From the human T2T-CHM13v2.0 reference genome, Homo sapiens: a DNA stretch of 64,000 nucleotides. The notes under the pieces were generated by a model that saw nothing but the letters and a program-made list of their open reading frames with translations, made no database searches and was not told the DNA's origin. Of the stretch, positions 30,107-62,289 are shown one piece after another (the stretch's first letter is position 1; each line of letters starts with the position of its first letter). The stretch is from the NCBI RefSeq assembly GCF_009914755.1, contig NC_060934.1; one strand, 5' to 3'. Position numbers and translations under genes: made by a program.

Positions 30107-30819
30107 GAGCGGCCGCGGGGCCGGCCCGACGCGGAGCCCAGCCCGAGCCGCCACCGCCGCCGCCCCGGGAGGAGGCGACACCATGTCGGACCGGGTCACA
30201 TGGGGCGGCGCGGGCCGAGCCCTGGGCACGCCCCTCACACCTGCAGCCTTGGAGCCACTTCGGGGTGCGGGCTGGGGCCGGGGCGCTGACACCACCCCCG
30301 CATCCCCGAGAGCGCTTGGTGGAAGCACAGGAGTTCGCGCTGCAAACACGTGAGGCCGGTTTCAGGGCCCTGCCTGAGGCCACAAAAGGACCCGCTGCCC
30401 TCAGGAAGCGGCCATTTGGAGCACCTGCCCTCAAGAAGCCCCTAGTTGGGTGGCCTTGCCCCTCTAGAAGCCCTCCTCTTCCTCGAGTGATGCCTCCTTT
30501 CCACGGGCCACATGTGAGGGCCCAACGAATCTGCAGCCCTAGAAGTTGACAGGTTCCATAGCTTAGGTTCTCACACAGGCCCGGAAGCACGGTCCTGGCG
30601 TGAGCTTGGGTGTTAGACGTATTTGGGGATTTGCAGTCTTCTAGATCCTGAGTCCATAACTTCAAAAACAGTCATGTATCAGGAAATGGCACAGCTAGGG
30701 CTTCTTATCAGTCACCACCCAAGTGCAAGTGGATTCTCCAAGGACTCAGCATCCATTCTTCATACCACCCATTCGATTCACATGGCATTAATCTGAAGGG
30801 AGAGCTACTGAGGTCTAGA

Positions 30820-31120
30820 CCTGTGCTGTCCAACAGTGTCCTCCCTCGTCACATGTGGCTGCTGAGCATTTGAAATGTGGCTAATACAAATTGAAATGAG
30901 CTATAAGTGAGAAATGCACACCAGATTTTGAAGCCATACAAAAAAAAGAATGCAAAATATCTCATTAATAATTTTATATTGATTACGTGTTGAAGTGTTA
31001 ATATTTTGGATACGCTGTATTGGGCTAAATACAATATATTTTAATGTAACTACTAGAAAATTTAAAATTATACATGGGACTTGCATTTGTGGCTCGGGTT
31101 ATTTTTCTATTAGCATTGGG
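30820..31120. mobile_element. hAT-Charlie DNA transposon relic (MER33/MER3-like)
   Basis: gtgctgtccaa...cacatgtggct...gagcatttgaaatgtggcta...aaatgcacaccagattttgaag. Confidence 0.65.
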
Positions 31121-32057
31121 CTAGGCAGTAAAACTTGGAGGAGGGGAGGAAGATGCCAATTTCTGTCTGTTTATCCTGTACTCCAAATCCAGGTAGGAAG
31201 GATTGGAGAGTTTTCTTTTGTACTTATCTACATCTTAACACTCATTTTCAGGGAGCAGGGAAGAATAAAAATTGACCCTGAAAATTATTCAACACCTAGC
31301 ATAGCCAAAGAGAAACCTAGGGAAGCAACTACATTGTATTATGGTGCTGCAAGAAGCATCATGTAACAAGGTCAGACCGGAATCTGGCTTTGCCCTAGAA
31401 TTACTTTTTGATCTTAGCAAAACAACAACAAAAAGCCCCACCTATCTTGGCCTTTTAGTGTTCTCAATCTGTAGTGGAGATAATGCCTCTGCCTTACTTT
31501 CGAGGGATAAATGAGATGATCCCTGTAAAATGCTTTGAACTCCTCTAAGAAAATTCTTAATAATAGTTACAGGTCAAATCCTGTTACAAAAAAATGCCAT
31601 CCCTCCCCCTCTCCAAATGCAACAAAGACTTTGTGTAGAAAACGATTTCCAAACTCAAGGCAGTGGTTTATTGAAAGCACTATTTTATAGATTTCAATGC
31701 GGCCAAAGAATTTAAGCCATGTTTTAGAGATCATTATAAAGAAATTTACTTATTCACAGGTACCATACTGTTAGAAGACTACTAAGGCAGGAATACTTCA
31801 CATTTAGGTGATGTCATGAGTTCAATATTTATTGATTTTGCTACATTTGTGTACTATGAGCGAATCAAGAAGGAAGACAAATGATATAGCAGGAATATGG
31901 TTCCTGCATTTTGTGTTTAGATTTGTGTTAGAGATGTTTGTAATTTCTTACTGTTTGAGTACTTAACTCATTCAGGATACATAGTAAAGCTGAGTAGTTC
32001 ATCTATATTCTATCTCATTTTTAGTGGAGGCACTAAAACTTCTTTAACCCAACATAA

Positions 32058-33056
<999 letters not shown>

Positions 33057-33587
33057 CATCAAATCATCCTCTTTCACATTCAAACTAGAGATCAGGTAAA
33101 CTCTTAGCCTAGAATTTGTAATGTAATGATTTCCAAAAAAGTCAACATACTCACTATGCAGGAAAAAAAGCAAAGCCAAAATGGAAAATTGGCATATAAT
33201 CTGTTATTTGGTGGTGATGTGTGTCCCTAAATTACCAAACATGTGATAAAGAAAACAACAAAGAAGAAAACCTTTAGCCTTAGCTCAGAGAAGCAGCTAG
33301 AATTTTTCATCAACTCTCCCTTTCCCTGCCAACAAAGAAAAATCCAATTTGGGATGTAACCAAACTTAAAAATTGTATCATAAAATTTACTTTTAAAATT
33401 CTTTTTTGGGATAGAGTGTCAAAAATAAAAAAGCAACTGAAAAGATGTGGCTGAAAAGATGAGTTTGTAATAAAAGTAAATGCATGTCTTCATGAAGGAC
33501 CTGAATAGCATTTTTCTATCAAAGAAAATAAATATATTAATACTCAGAAAAGAGGAAGGTAGAAAGACTTTGGTGGACTTGACCATC

Positions 33588-38488
<4,901 letters not shown>

Positions 38489-39156
38489 GGTTTTGTGATT
38501 TTTCTGGTCTCTGCCAGTCAGAAGACTGAGTCATTTGGTAACAGATGATAGAAGATAAAAAAAAACTTGAAGATGAAGGGAACCACAAAACCTTGTGAAA
38601 TTTTCATGATCACTGGGGATTTCTTACCTTGCCTTCAGATTCTAGGTTCTTTTTAAAAGTATAAGTAAATAATCAGTCACCACTAAGATAGAATATGTAC
38701 AAATATGACCTTATGAGTTCTTTTCCAAGAAAATAATGAGAATTAAGTTCTAGAAAAAATTTGCTCCCAAGCATCTTTAGTTTTTCTGGAAGAAAGTGCC
38801 AGGTTAAATACAAAATTCTTATTTCTGATTCTATTGTTATTACTACTATTTAACAATGCCAAAGTTTAAGTAAATTTTTTTCATTTGAGACATTTATTAC
38901 ACTGAATGAAACCACAGGATATCATTTATTTATATTGTCCTAGGTTTCAAGTCCTGTTAAAAATGTGGAAAAAAATGTGAAAAACACACAGGACAACTTT
39001 TCTGGAGTATCATTCATACAGTATCTTCAACAGATGGTGGATTGTGTTAAGTTGTTAAATATAAACACAAGTTTTAATGTGAATGGAATAAGAATAGATC
39101 TTAATTTTTTTGTTTTTTACTTTAGTAAAAAATGTATACACACATACTCAAAAACA

Positions 39157-39215
39157 ACACACACACACATATGTATATATATATATATATATAAAATACA
39201 CACACACCCACCCAC
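39157..39215. repeat. Compound (CA)n/(TA)n microsatellite
   Basis: acacacacacacatatgtatatatatatatatatataaaatacacacacacc. Confidence 0.85.
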
Positions 39216-39989
39216 CAAGTAAAGAGCAATTATAGTCTTTGGACCAAAATTTAACTGTTATCCTTTGAGAAACTATGTCACTGCTTCTAAAAATATGTAC
39301 TATAAAATGTGCCTTTTCCCCTTTCTTATAGCAGCTGTTTGAAATACAAATAGATGAATGAGGAAAATCCCCTATGTTTAAAATCCACCATGAAGAGAAA
39401 AGCAGGAAGAAGTTCAAGCTAGCCCCTGGGGATTTTCCCAGGTTCAGTAGATTGACCTGGAAACAAGGAGTGCAGCTTGAGCTCTTCTTCCTTTAGCAGA
39501 ACAAGCACTGGTCAGAGAAATTTCCAAACACATGGAGCTTAGCGAGACCACCTGCTCCTAACACAGGACAATGGCCACTGGACCACCAACTCTGTTGCTT
39601 CAAGTCAACACCAGCTCTCCTTCACAACAGATGACAGGCTTTCCGCTAGAAGAGTTTCCCAGTAAAAGAGTGAGCAAAGAAATGCTAAACTTCACATCTG
39701 CAATAGAAGCTGATAAATGAGAAGTGAAATGGACAAATTAAAAAGCTGAAACTGAATTCAGTCTTATAGTAGAATCAAACAATAATTACATCGATATCAG
39801 CCCTGGCAAGACAGAGCTAAGAGCTCAAATTATCTCTTGGCAAGGGTGTGGGTCTGTAAATGCTATGCAGCAACTAATGAGTAGAGAGGAATTTTTGACC
39901 AGGTGCTCATGCATTCCCTACACTGCACCAAGCTCAGCAGATATGTGGCACAACCCAGCACCTTTATAATCTCTCAAGATCTCCATCTC

Positions 39990-41595
<1,606 letters not shown>

Positions 41596-44306
41596 GTCTT
41601 GGTATCATACAGCTTTCACAATGCTGGTTTTTAAAAACTATAAACCCACATCACTCTTGGCAATTTTTTGAAGTTTTAAAACATTTAGAAAATAAAATTT
41701 AAATTATTTTTCAGTAGTCTTCCATGTTATAAATAAAATCACATATTCAACAGTATCCAAGATAGAGTCATAGAAACAACCTGAGAAGGAACAAGACACT
41801 GACAGAGAATAGAAGTGTTGGGAACAAATGTCTCCCAAACTGTTTAAATAAATCATGGAATATCCGTAGAACAGAATAATAAGCAGCTGTGAAAAAAATG
41901 AGAAAGACTGTATGTATCACTAGAGAAGGATCTCTAATATACAGTAAGTGAAGAAAAAAACAAAATTCAGAACAGTGTGTATAATATATTGCCATTTGTG
42001 GAGGGGAAAACTGTATTTGTGTGCTTTGACTCATGTACACCAAATATCTCCATAAAGATACACAAAAACCTAGTACCAGTGTTTGCCTGTAAGGAGGGGA
42101 ATTTGGGTGGATGGGAGACAGAATTTCTTGTCAATTGTATACTATTTTATGCCTTTTAAATGTTTATTAACTATTTGCATGTATTACCTATTGAAAAGCG
42201 TTTCATCTCTAAGGGGACTCTCCAAAAAGTGAAAGGGCATTTTTAGAGCATGTTTTGGGTAAATGGAAGAGTCCATAATGAAAGAAATTGCCCTTATTTT
42301 GCAATAGAGAGCTATAGTGCAGAAGGGAGAGTGGGGATTTGCAATGTGTTAACTGGGATATCTGAAGGTAGATCAAAATTAATACCCAGATTGTGAAAAT
42401 AGGATAATTATTGACAGAAGGAAACAGAACAAAATTCATTCATTGCATTTAAGTAAGCAATGATATGTTAGGAAATGGACTAAACAGGAAGAAAATACTA
42501 TAACTCAACCAAAAATTATAAAAAGAACAAAAAATTATGGAATAAAGCTTCAGCATGTTGTAACATCACAGTATAATGAATAAATAAATTTTCAAATGAA
42601 CCCTATCATATGTACATATCAGTAAAAAAAATTTCAATTTCATAGAACCCTGACACACACGCAAACACATGCACACCCAAAACACATACACACACATACA
42701 GACACTATAAAAAGCCAATGAGAGCATTGAGATAATTCTGGACTTTTATGAGTATTTCTTTAATAACGGTCATTCTTTGCATTTTTACTGCCCTAAATTT
42801 ACCTCTTTAAGTCACAGCAATGCTGATTGAGCTTTTTTCTTTTTTAGTTTTGTTTCTAACCAAATCTTTTGTACATTTCTGGAATTTAAGCCACCTCAGT
42901 TACCGCTTATCTATAACACCATTGCTTTGAGGGATTAAAGTAGGTTTATTGTAATACACTTAGATTAAGTTATCTAAGTTGAGAAGAATATCCTGTTTAA
43001 GTTGGGAAATCTTTTTTTATTTTTATTTTTTATTTATTTTTTTTGATCTTGAGTTGTTTTGATTTCCCCTGAGAGCAGTAATCTTCAGCAAGTGATATTT
43101 CTAAAAACCCCCAAACACACCACAAAACATTCCAAGTGATTTTAACTCCTGAATGAGGTTGGGCTACCTGAGTGATTCTCTCTCTTCTCTTCTTTGGCAG
43201 AAAGGATTAGAAACCTCCACAGAACTTGCTCTCTATTAAAGTGGAGTGCTGTGCATTCATTGGCAAGAGGTGAATTGTTTTCAGATTACATGCGAAAGAG
43301 TGTGTGTGTGTTTCTTTCCCACATCAAAGACTTGGATGGAAGCAGTTCTGAGTATTGCCAGGGATGCAAGAATTGGTGCTAAAGTGATTAACAAAATTGC
43401 TTTTCTGCAAAAGAAGCACAAAACATTACCTAGGGATTAGAGGAGGAGAGGGCAAGATTAAAGGTGATGTTGAATTTTGGGTAGAATATCTTATCCATCT
43501 TTTTCAAATCATGCTTCAAGGATTCTGTGTCCCTCCTTAAGGAAACCTGAACAAATCAAAGTCTTGCTTTCTTCAGTTTTGTACACAGAGGCACTGACAA
43601 GGTAAAATTAAAACTACTAACATAGGCAGCACTTACAAAGTGACCTTTATATCTTTATCTCACACTACAAATACATTTTGAATGTATTTTATTCGGCATA
43701 CACCAAAGACTCCATGGATCAAAGCCTCTTTGATTTGTAATTGGTTTGTGTGTCCACCTGTTGGGCTTAAATGATAGTGTTTTACAGGATTTCTGTTGTT
43801 CAGTTTTAGTAAATCTTGATTTGTTTAGCATCCCTTTTTAAATGTATCTTCCACAGTCAAAACATTTGTCTAACCTAAATATTTAAAAAGCCATAGAATC
43901 TATAACTAAATAATGAAAGAAAGATCATACAACAAATCTCACAATTCCTAGTCTATGGAATTATTGTAAGGGGTATCTCTGAAATGCCCCCACAACATTC
44001 ACACTCAGCATTTTCTCAGTCTCTTTCAAAAACCAAATTCAGTTCCTTGCTTCTTCCAAGAAGTCCTCCTGACTTCAGTCTCCAATCAGAGACAGGCGGA
44101 AACATAGGTACAGATAGCTGTTCTTGTGTGAATAAACCTCTTCCTCCTTGGTTTCTTCCTTTAAAACATTAAGTCCAAAAGAGGAACAAAACATATATGT
44201 GGATAGGTGGCAAAAACATCAAGTTGAGCGACATAAGCAAAATACATTCAGAGCAATATATACAAAAATATTTAACACAAAACAATATTGTAATTCTTTA
44301 AGGATA

Positions 44307-44317
<11 letters not shown>

Positions 44318-44342
<25 letters not shown>
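44318..44342. repeat. (TA)n microsatellite within an old L1-like fragment
   Basis: tatatatatatatatatatatata. Confidence 0.85.
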
Positions 44343-46429
44343 CGTAGAAGTACAAAAAATAGAACAGAATTATGCACCTCAAACTCATGGTAGTGGCTGC
44401 CTCTGGAAAGGAAGCAGGCAAATGAGATTTAGGGTAGTAGTAAAAGGGAATTTTAGCTACCTCTGTAATGTTTATTTTTTTAAAAAAGAAAAAAAGCCAT
44501 TAAGCTAAGATGACTCACTTAGGCATAGTTAGGGGATGTGAAGTGTCATTGAAATTCTTGTCTAAAAAACACAGCAGAAGTTTGAGATCTCGTCTTTGTC
44601 CTCATAAACTGTTCTTTCACGTAATGTATAGTTTTTTTGTGTGTCAGACACTAGTTATGTCTCGCTTTCTTGAAACAACAGTAAAACCTGTTTCAAATCG
44701 ATTGAATAATTCAGAATAGTTGTTACCTCCTCTTTGCCCACAATAACCTTCTTTCTAAATTAATATACTGTGATGATGGGACTTTATCTTTGTGTGTGTT
44801 CTATGAAGAAAGGGACACGCTATGAGTCCTTGGTAAAATGAATAAATAGATGAATAAATAAATAAGCCCTGTTTGCTGGCCACCCTGCATGCAACAGTTT
44901 GTGGGCGATTTCATTTCAAGAGGTTGCCTATTTGACTTCTTTGCTTTCAGGAACTTGTCGAGAACAATCATTTTTTATCTGTCTTCCCCTTGGGGTCCCG
45001 TAAGGTCACTAGACATAAGATAGCTGTGAAATTTGACATTGTTCCAATTTAAATGCTTTACTCCAGCAAGTGCAAGACTGCGGGCGCTTCGGTGCGGGGC
45101 TTGCCACGGCCAGGCCGTTCTGAGACTCGCCAGCTCTCCAGGCTTCAAAGCCTGCCATCCTTGATCTCGCTAAAGAATGTTTTTGAATTCTATGTCCATC
45201 TAGTGGTTGCCTGCAAAGATCTACTTGGCTTTTTCTTTCTTCCTTTTCTTTCACACTTGATCAGTGAGATTCTGTTTGTGATGGGGGTTTGCCCCCCTTG
45301 GTCTTTAATTCTTTCACAGGTGGTTTCAAAGTGTCTATCCTCCGCCACTACTTTCTATAAACAAGCAGGAATTTGGGAACTGCAGTTACTGATGGCTTTC
45401 CTCACAGGGCCATTCTCCTCTCACTTTGAAAATAGACTGTTTTGTGGACAGTAAAGTACAGTTCTTTTTCACAGATGAGATTAGAGGCTTGAGGGGAGGC
45501 TGAAGGGAGGGGAGTGTTTTCTTTCCCTTTTTTCTTTTTCTCTCTCTGTTTTTTTTTTTTTTTTTTTTTACCAGAGAGCCTTTGTGTTGTAACTAATTTT
45601 ACCAAATACAAGAACTTTATTTATTTTACACTCAGTTGCACCTTTGGTTAAGGATGACATGGCACCAAGTAGAAGTAGCTGGGAATTTGCTGATTTCCTC
45701 ATTAATTGTCTCCAGCATCCCAAGTGTAAGGGTAAGAGTTGAAGATCAAGTGATGACAGGAACGAATGTGATTGCGTATCCAAGGGATCAAATTATATCA
45801 ATTCTAGCTACGAATTCTGATCTGCCATGGGGGTTGAGATATCTATTTTATCACCTCCTGTCCCTCTGTGGGTTGAAAAATCTCTCTCCAGGTCTCAGTT
45901 TCTATGACTTGAGGTTTTAGAAGGAATGAGATTCAATCCCTTATCTGTAGCAGTGGTTGGTCTTTTCAGTTCTCCTATGGATCCTGAAAGTTGGGGAGCT
46001 GACAGATTTATACTGCTCTGAATTCTGTGAGGGAAAAAATAATAGATGGAAGGCAAGTGTTATCACTTAGTTCTAACACATAAACAGTGTAAAGGCATTA
46101 TGTGTGTCTTGGACAACCTTGGCCACTTGAAAGATGGGGACACACGCTGAATTAAACCTAAAGTCATGGCCTTTGTTCCAGTTCAAATTAAAACAAATAT
46201 TTTTAAATATTTACAAATATTTTTTCTCTCTATAAATGTAACACACTTTATTCAGATCAATGTAAAAAATACAAATGGTGTCCATGCAGCATTATTTATA
46301 ATAGCATAAAACGCAAACAGCCTAAATGCCCATCAGCAGGAAACTGGCTAAATAAACGACAATGTATTTATCTATGGAATAACATGTAATAATTTAAAAG
46401 AATATAATAATTAAAAAGAGAGCACAAAA

Positions 46430-47622
46430 GCTGGGTGCAGTGGCTCATGCCTATAATCCCAGCACTTTGGGAGGCTGAGGCGGGCGGATCACCTGAGGTC
46501 AGGAGTTCGAGACTAACCTGGCCAACATGGTGAAACCTCGTCTCTACTAAGAATACAAAAATCAGCTGGGCGTCGTGGCAGCCGCCTGTAATCGCAGCTA
46601 CTCAGGAGGCTGAGGCAGGAGAATCACTTGAACCTGGGAGGCGGAGGTTGTAGTGAGATGAGATCATGCCATTGCACTCCAGGCTGCGCAACAGAGCGAG
46701 ACTCTGTCTCAAAAAAAAAAAAAAAAAAAAGAGAGAACACAAAAGTGGAAAATAATGACATGAAAACATGTCTAAGAAATAGCGTTGAGGCCGGGCACGG
46801 TGGCTCATGCCTGTAACCTCAGCACTTTGGGAGGCCTGGGTGGGCAGATTGCTTGAGCCCAGGAGTTTGAGACCAGCCTGGCCAACATGGTGAAACCCTG
46901 TCTCTATAAAAAAAATACAAAAATTAGCCTGGCATGGTGGCATGCACCTGTAGTCCCAGCTACTAGGGAGGCTGAGTCAGAAGGATCACTTGAGCCCTGA
47001 AGTGGAGGTTACACTGAGCCAAGATCACACCACTGCACTCCAGCCTAGGTGACACAGTGAGACCCTGTCTCAAAAAAAAAAAAAAAAAAAAAAAGAAAGA
47101 GAGAAAAAATAAATAGCGTTGAGAGAAACAAAAAGTTGAAAATAATATTACTAAAATGATATGTACAAATGAATCATATAATTTTCGTGGGTTCAGATAT
47201 ATATATATGCAGGGATATACAGGATTGAGGGAGGTATTTAAGAGGACTTTAATTTTATCAGTAATGTTTTATTTTTTTATAAGGCAAATGTATTTATGTA
47301 ATTCTCATGTAATGTAATTAAAACATACTTTTTTTTTTTTTTTTTGAGACAGGGTCTCGCTCTGTAAGGCTGGAGCGCAGTGGTGCAATCATGGCTCACT
47401 TGCAGCCTCGACATCCCTGGGCCCAGGTGAAACTCCAAACTCAGCCTCTTGAGTAGCTGGGATTACAGGCACACACCACCACACCTGGCTAATTTTTTAT
47501 TTTTTGTAGAGACAAGATTTCACCATATTGCCCAGACTGGTCTCAAACTCCTGAGCTCAAGCAGTCTGCCTACCGTGGCCTCCCAAAGTGCTGGGATTAC
47601 AGGCGTGAGCCACCGTGCCCTG
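46430..47622. mobile_element. Alus 46430-46730(+), 46789-47095(+), 47329-47622(-)
   Basis: Alu consensus; TSDs such as aaaagagag(c/a)acaaaag and aaatagcgttga. Confidence 0.9.
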
Positions 47623-47729
47623 CCAAAACACAATTTTTAAAAGATTTTAAAAACCAACACACAGAAGATAAGTAAAAAGAAAAAAAAACTACTATCCAGC
47701 CTCCCATATAGTCTTTTGTATATATACTT

Positions 47730-53487
<5,758 letters not shown>

Positions 53488-54178
53488 TTATTGGCTGTGC
53501 AGCATTCCACTGGATAAGATGTACCATAACTTACTCAACCAATTCCCTATTATTAGAAACTTAGGTGTTTCCAAATGTTTGGCATTATAAGAGTGCTGCA
53601 TATTCACATTTTAGACTTTGCTTTACATTTGCTTATAAATTCCTAACAGTGATATTGCTGCGTCATCGCACATAAACTTTTTTAAAGTTTTGAAATCAAT
53701 GTCCATTTTAAAATGAAGTTTAAAAGAGGGATGGGAGGACAGAAGGAATTGCTACTGCTGTTACATGCTTAACACCCAAGCAAACATCTATTGAATCAGC
53801 TGAGAAATTCCCACACACAATGTAAAGAGTGAGCATTGTCTGTTAGTCCTCCAACAATTTGTCTTTCACCATTGACCTACATTGAAACCTTCAGCTTAGG
53901 AAAAGAATGTAGGAGCCTCTTAATGGAAGGCTAGATTCAGTGGTACTTGGGGTGCTAAAATAGTCTGTGTGTGAGTACTTTCATCTCTGCAGTTCACTAC
54001 TGGATCCAGGACCAATCTAAATCCTTCTTACTTTGTCCACTACTGAAATATGATGCTATCTCTGTGCTGGAAGTTGCAGAAGTATTTAAGAGTACCCAAG
54101 AATAACACAATTGAGAAAATAAACTGAAAAATAAGTTCAATAGGAGGAAACATCCCAGAATAAATGACAGGGTAGTAG

Positions 54179-59477
<5,299 letters not shown>

Positions 59478-61483
59478 GGGATTTGAAATTTAAAAAAAAA
59501 AAGATAACATTTATAAGCCTTATTTCTTGGCGTCATGTGGTTCAAGTGAACACCTTAGCTTGGTGATTTGCAGTTTCAACTTGACTGTGCCCTTTAACCA
59601 GAAATCCTGGGGTTGTTGAGACCTTTCCATGTAGTAGCCCAGATCTCATCTTCAATTTTGAGTCAAAATGGATTTTTGAGCGGTCCTAATAGTCACTGGA
59701 TTCCTCTGAGGTACTATTTGTTGACATTTTTTTTTCTCCAAGCCTCTTTCATTTAGGCAGCCAAATTTTCCTCAGAGACTTCCATTCCTCATTTTCAAAC
59801 CTTCCTGCCTCTTTTGCTTCCAGCTGGTTCCTGAACTTCGGTCTGACATTTCCAACAGTACCTCCAGCCTACAGCAAGTGTCCTGCCTTTGTGGCCTGTT
59901 TCCCGGCCATTGTCTGGCTTCTCTGTTCTTCATTCCCCTTTATCTCTACTCCTTCCCTCCTCCTCCCCAGTGCACAGGTCAGGCATTCAAGGGTGGACGT
60001 ATCATGGACAACTCTGATTTGAGTTGTTTTCTCTGAAACAAATATTTGCATATGTGACCCTCCCCCACCCCGCCATTTACCATATGGCTTTTCCTCCATC
60101 TCAGCCAGAGGAACTCTCAAATTCATATATGTTTTTGGAAATGAAGTTTTCCCCAGATGGTCTCTCCAAAGCACCAAAGCAAGGTCAGAGTTTGTGCATT
60201 CCTTCAAAGGTTCTGGGCAGGAGTTAGAATTACTCGTGTTTTCTTACTCCCATCAGCAGTTATTTTGTCAGTGCACCTGATAATGGGACAAAACCTGAGT
60301 CTTTCTTAGCTAAAAACACACCAGTGTTTGAGGGAGATGTTGAACCATAAACTGGTGTCCCCAGGGAAAGGAGAGAAACCTGCTCAGTTGCTCAAATAAT
60401 TTCAAACCAAAGCCCCTGAGGATACTTCCACAGGGAGAGAAAAAGAGTATGAATATTAGAAAGATGATGAGCCAGGTGTGCTGAAAAGTTTTCTTAGTCA
60501 TTCTTAACCCTAGAAGGGGATGGGGGCAGCCCCACATCTCTACTGGGAAACATACTTCCCCTTTTAAATCAGGAAAGAAAAAAACAACAACATAGCCCCA
60601 AATAGAGAATGTTTTCTTTTGTAACTGGAAGCAAACATTGCTGATGGCTTTAACAGCTGTCTGCCAACGTGGCCTGAGCAGCAGGCAAGCTCAAACATTT
60701 TCTGAGATCAACATATGTACAGACGTACAGTATATTAGGTCAAATTATAAATCCAGGAATAAAAGAACAAATAAGTTTCGGCTTTCTCTAGGCTTCTGCA
60801 TCCAACACCAGCTAAATTAGCCTCTGAAGCAGAGGAATCTGGATTCCAAATAGGCAGGTCTTCCAAAAGTTCAAGTCAAACCTCCCTCTGGTAGGAAAAG
60901 AAGGTGCCGTTGTAGATTAACTTGCTGATGACTGACCAGGTCCGGGCTGCTGGGCCCAGCCTAGCCAAGGCTTCCCTGTGTCTTAGCCCAGCAGACTCTG
61001 AGGATCTGCGTGCGGCAGGTTAACGTTAAGCCTGCCATTGACTTGATCTTTGACCCCAGTAAATCATTTAATATGCAGTGTGCCTTTGTCCATATGTTAA
61101 TGTTTTGTGTAACTCGGATGAGAATTCCAGCAAGTCTGGGTGTGCCACCCATTAGGACTAAAGCTTTCCCTTTGGAGCTTCTAGGAGGAACCTTCTGGAT
61201 AGCTACATTGCAGAAAGCTGAAGTACCTCGATGAACCTAATTGAAATGCCTGCAGATGGTGAGACCAGCCTTGCCTGAACTGTGACTGAGAAGTAAAAGA
61301 ATGAATTTTTTCCTTTGTTATCAAAACTGACACAAAACTTTTAGTTTTGCCTTAGGGCAAGAAACCCACCAGAATGTAATAGGCAGGAGAATACTGGCTT
61401 CCACCACTCTACTAGTTATGGGACCTTGAACAAGTCACATTGGCTAAGCTTCCATAGATGTTAGTGGGTCATGAAATCAATGA

Positions 61484-61795
<312 letters not shown>

Positions 61796-61962
61796 CTAAA
61801 AAATGTTTTAATAAAATAAATTGAGTAGAATAGAAAATACCAGGGCTTAGTCCACAGTAAGGGGAAGTACACGTGTGTATGTATGATTCCTGGGGTCATA
61901 ATGAACAATAAACGTTCTACTATAGGTAACTAACAAAAAGTTTTCAAGCCAGTGGCTTAGCC

Positions 61963-62289
61963 CAGTGGTCCCCAACCTTTTTGGCACCAGGAACAGGTTT
62001 CACGGAAGACAGTTTTTCCTTGGATGGGGTGGAGGAGCCGGTTTTGGGATTAAACTGTTCCACCTCAGATCATTAGTTAGATTCTCATAAGGAGTGGGCA
62101 ACCTAGATCCGTCACACGCACAGTTCACAATGGGGATCGCATTCCTACGAGAATCTAATGCCGCCACTGATCTGATGGGAGGTACACCTCAGGCAGTTAT
62201 GCCTGATGTTCACCTCCTGCTGTGCAGCCAGGTTCCTAACAGGCCATGGACTGGTACCAGTCCATGGCCTAGGGGGTTGGGGACCCCTG
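61963..62289. mobile_element. MER1B-like non-autonomous hAT-Charlie DNA transposon
   Basis: Terminal inverted repeats cagtggtccccaacc ... ggttggggacccctg; internal ttagattctcataaggag and gagaatctaatgccgccactgatctga; degenerate 8-bp TSD gcttagcc/gctgagac. Confidence 0.85.

Larger units (their letters stand above)
29120..30620. promoter_or_regulatory. FBXW4: CpG island / TATA-less promoter of FBXW4
   Basis: Abrupt GC- and CpG-rich block over exon 1. Motifs: E-box CACGTG 30347-30352, AP-2-type GCCTGAGGC 30372-30380, GGAAG+CGGCCATTT (ETS/YY1-like) ~30404-30417, CCGGAAG 30581-30587, GC boxes. Exact TSS not determinable. Confidence 0.88.

Noticed and set aside
29166-30549. Long + strand ORFs over the CpG island (173, 181, 117 and 94 aa) and the 259-aa minus ORF 29886-30665
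   Set aside because: Stop-poor shadow frames of a GC-rich coding exon; low complexity, no recognisable domain or splice support.
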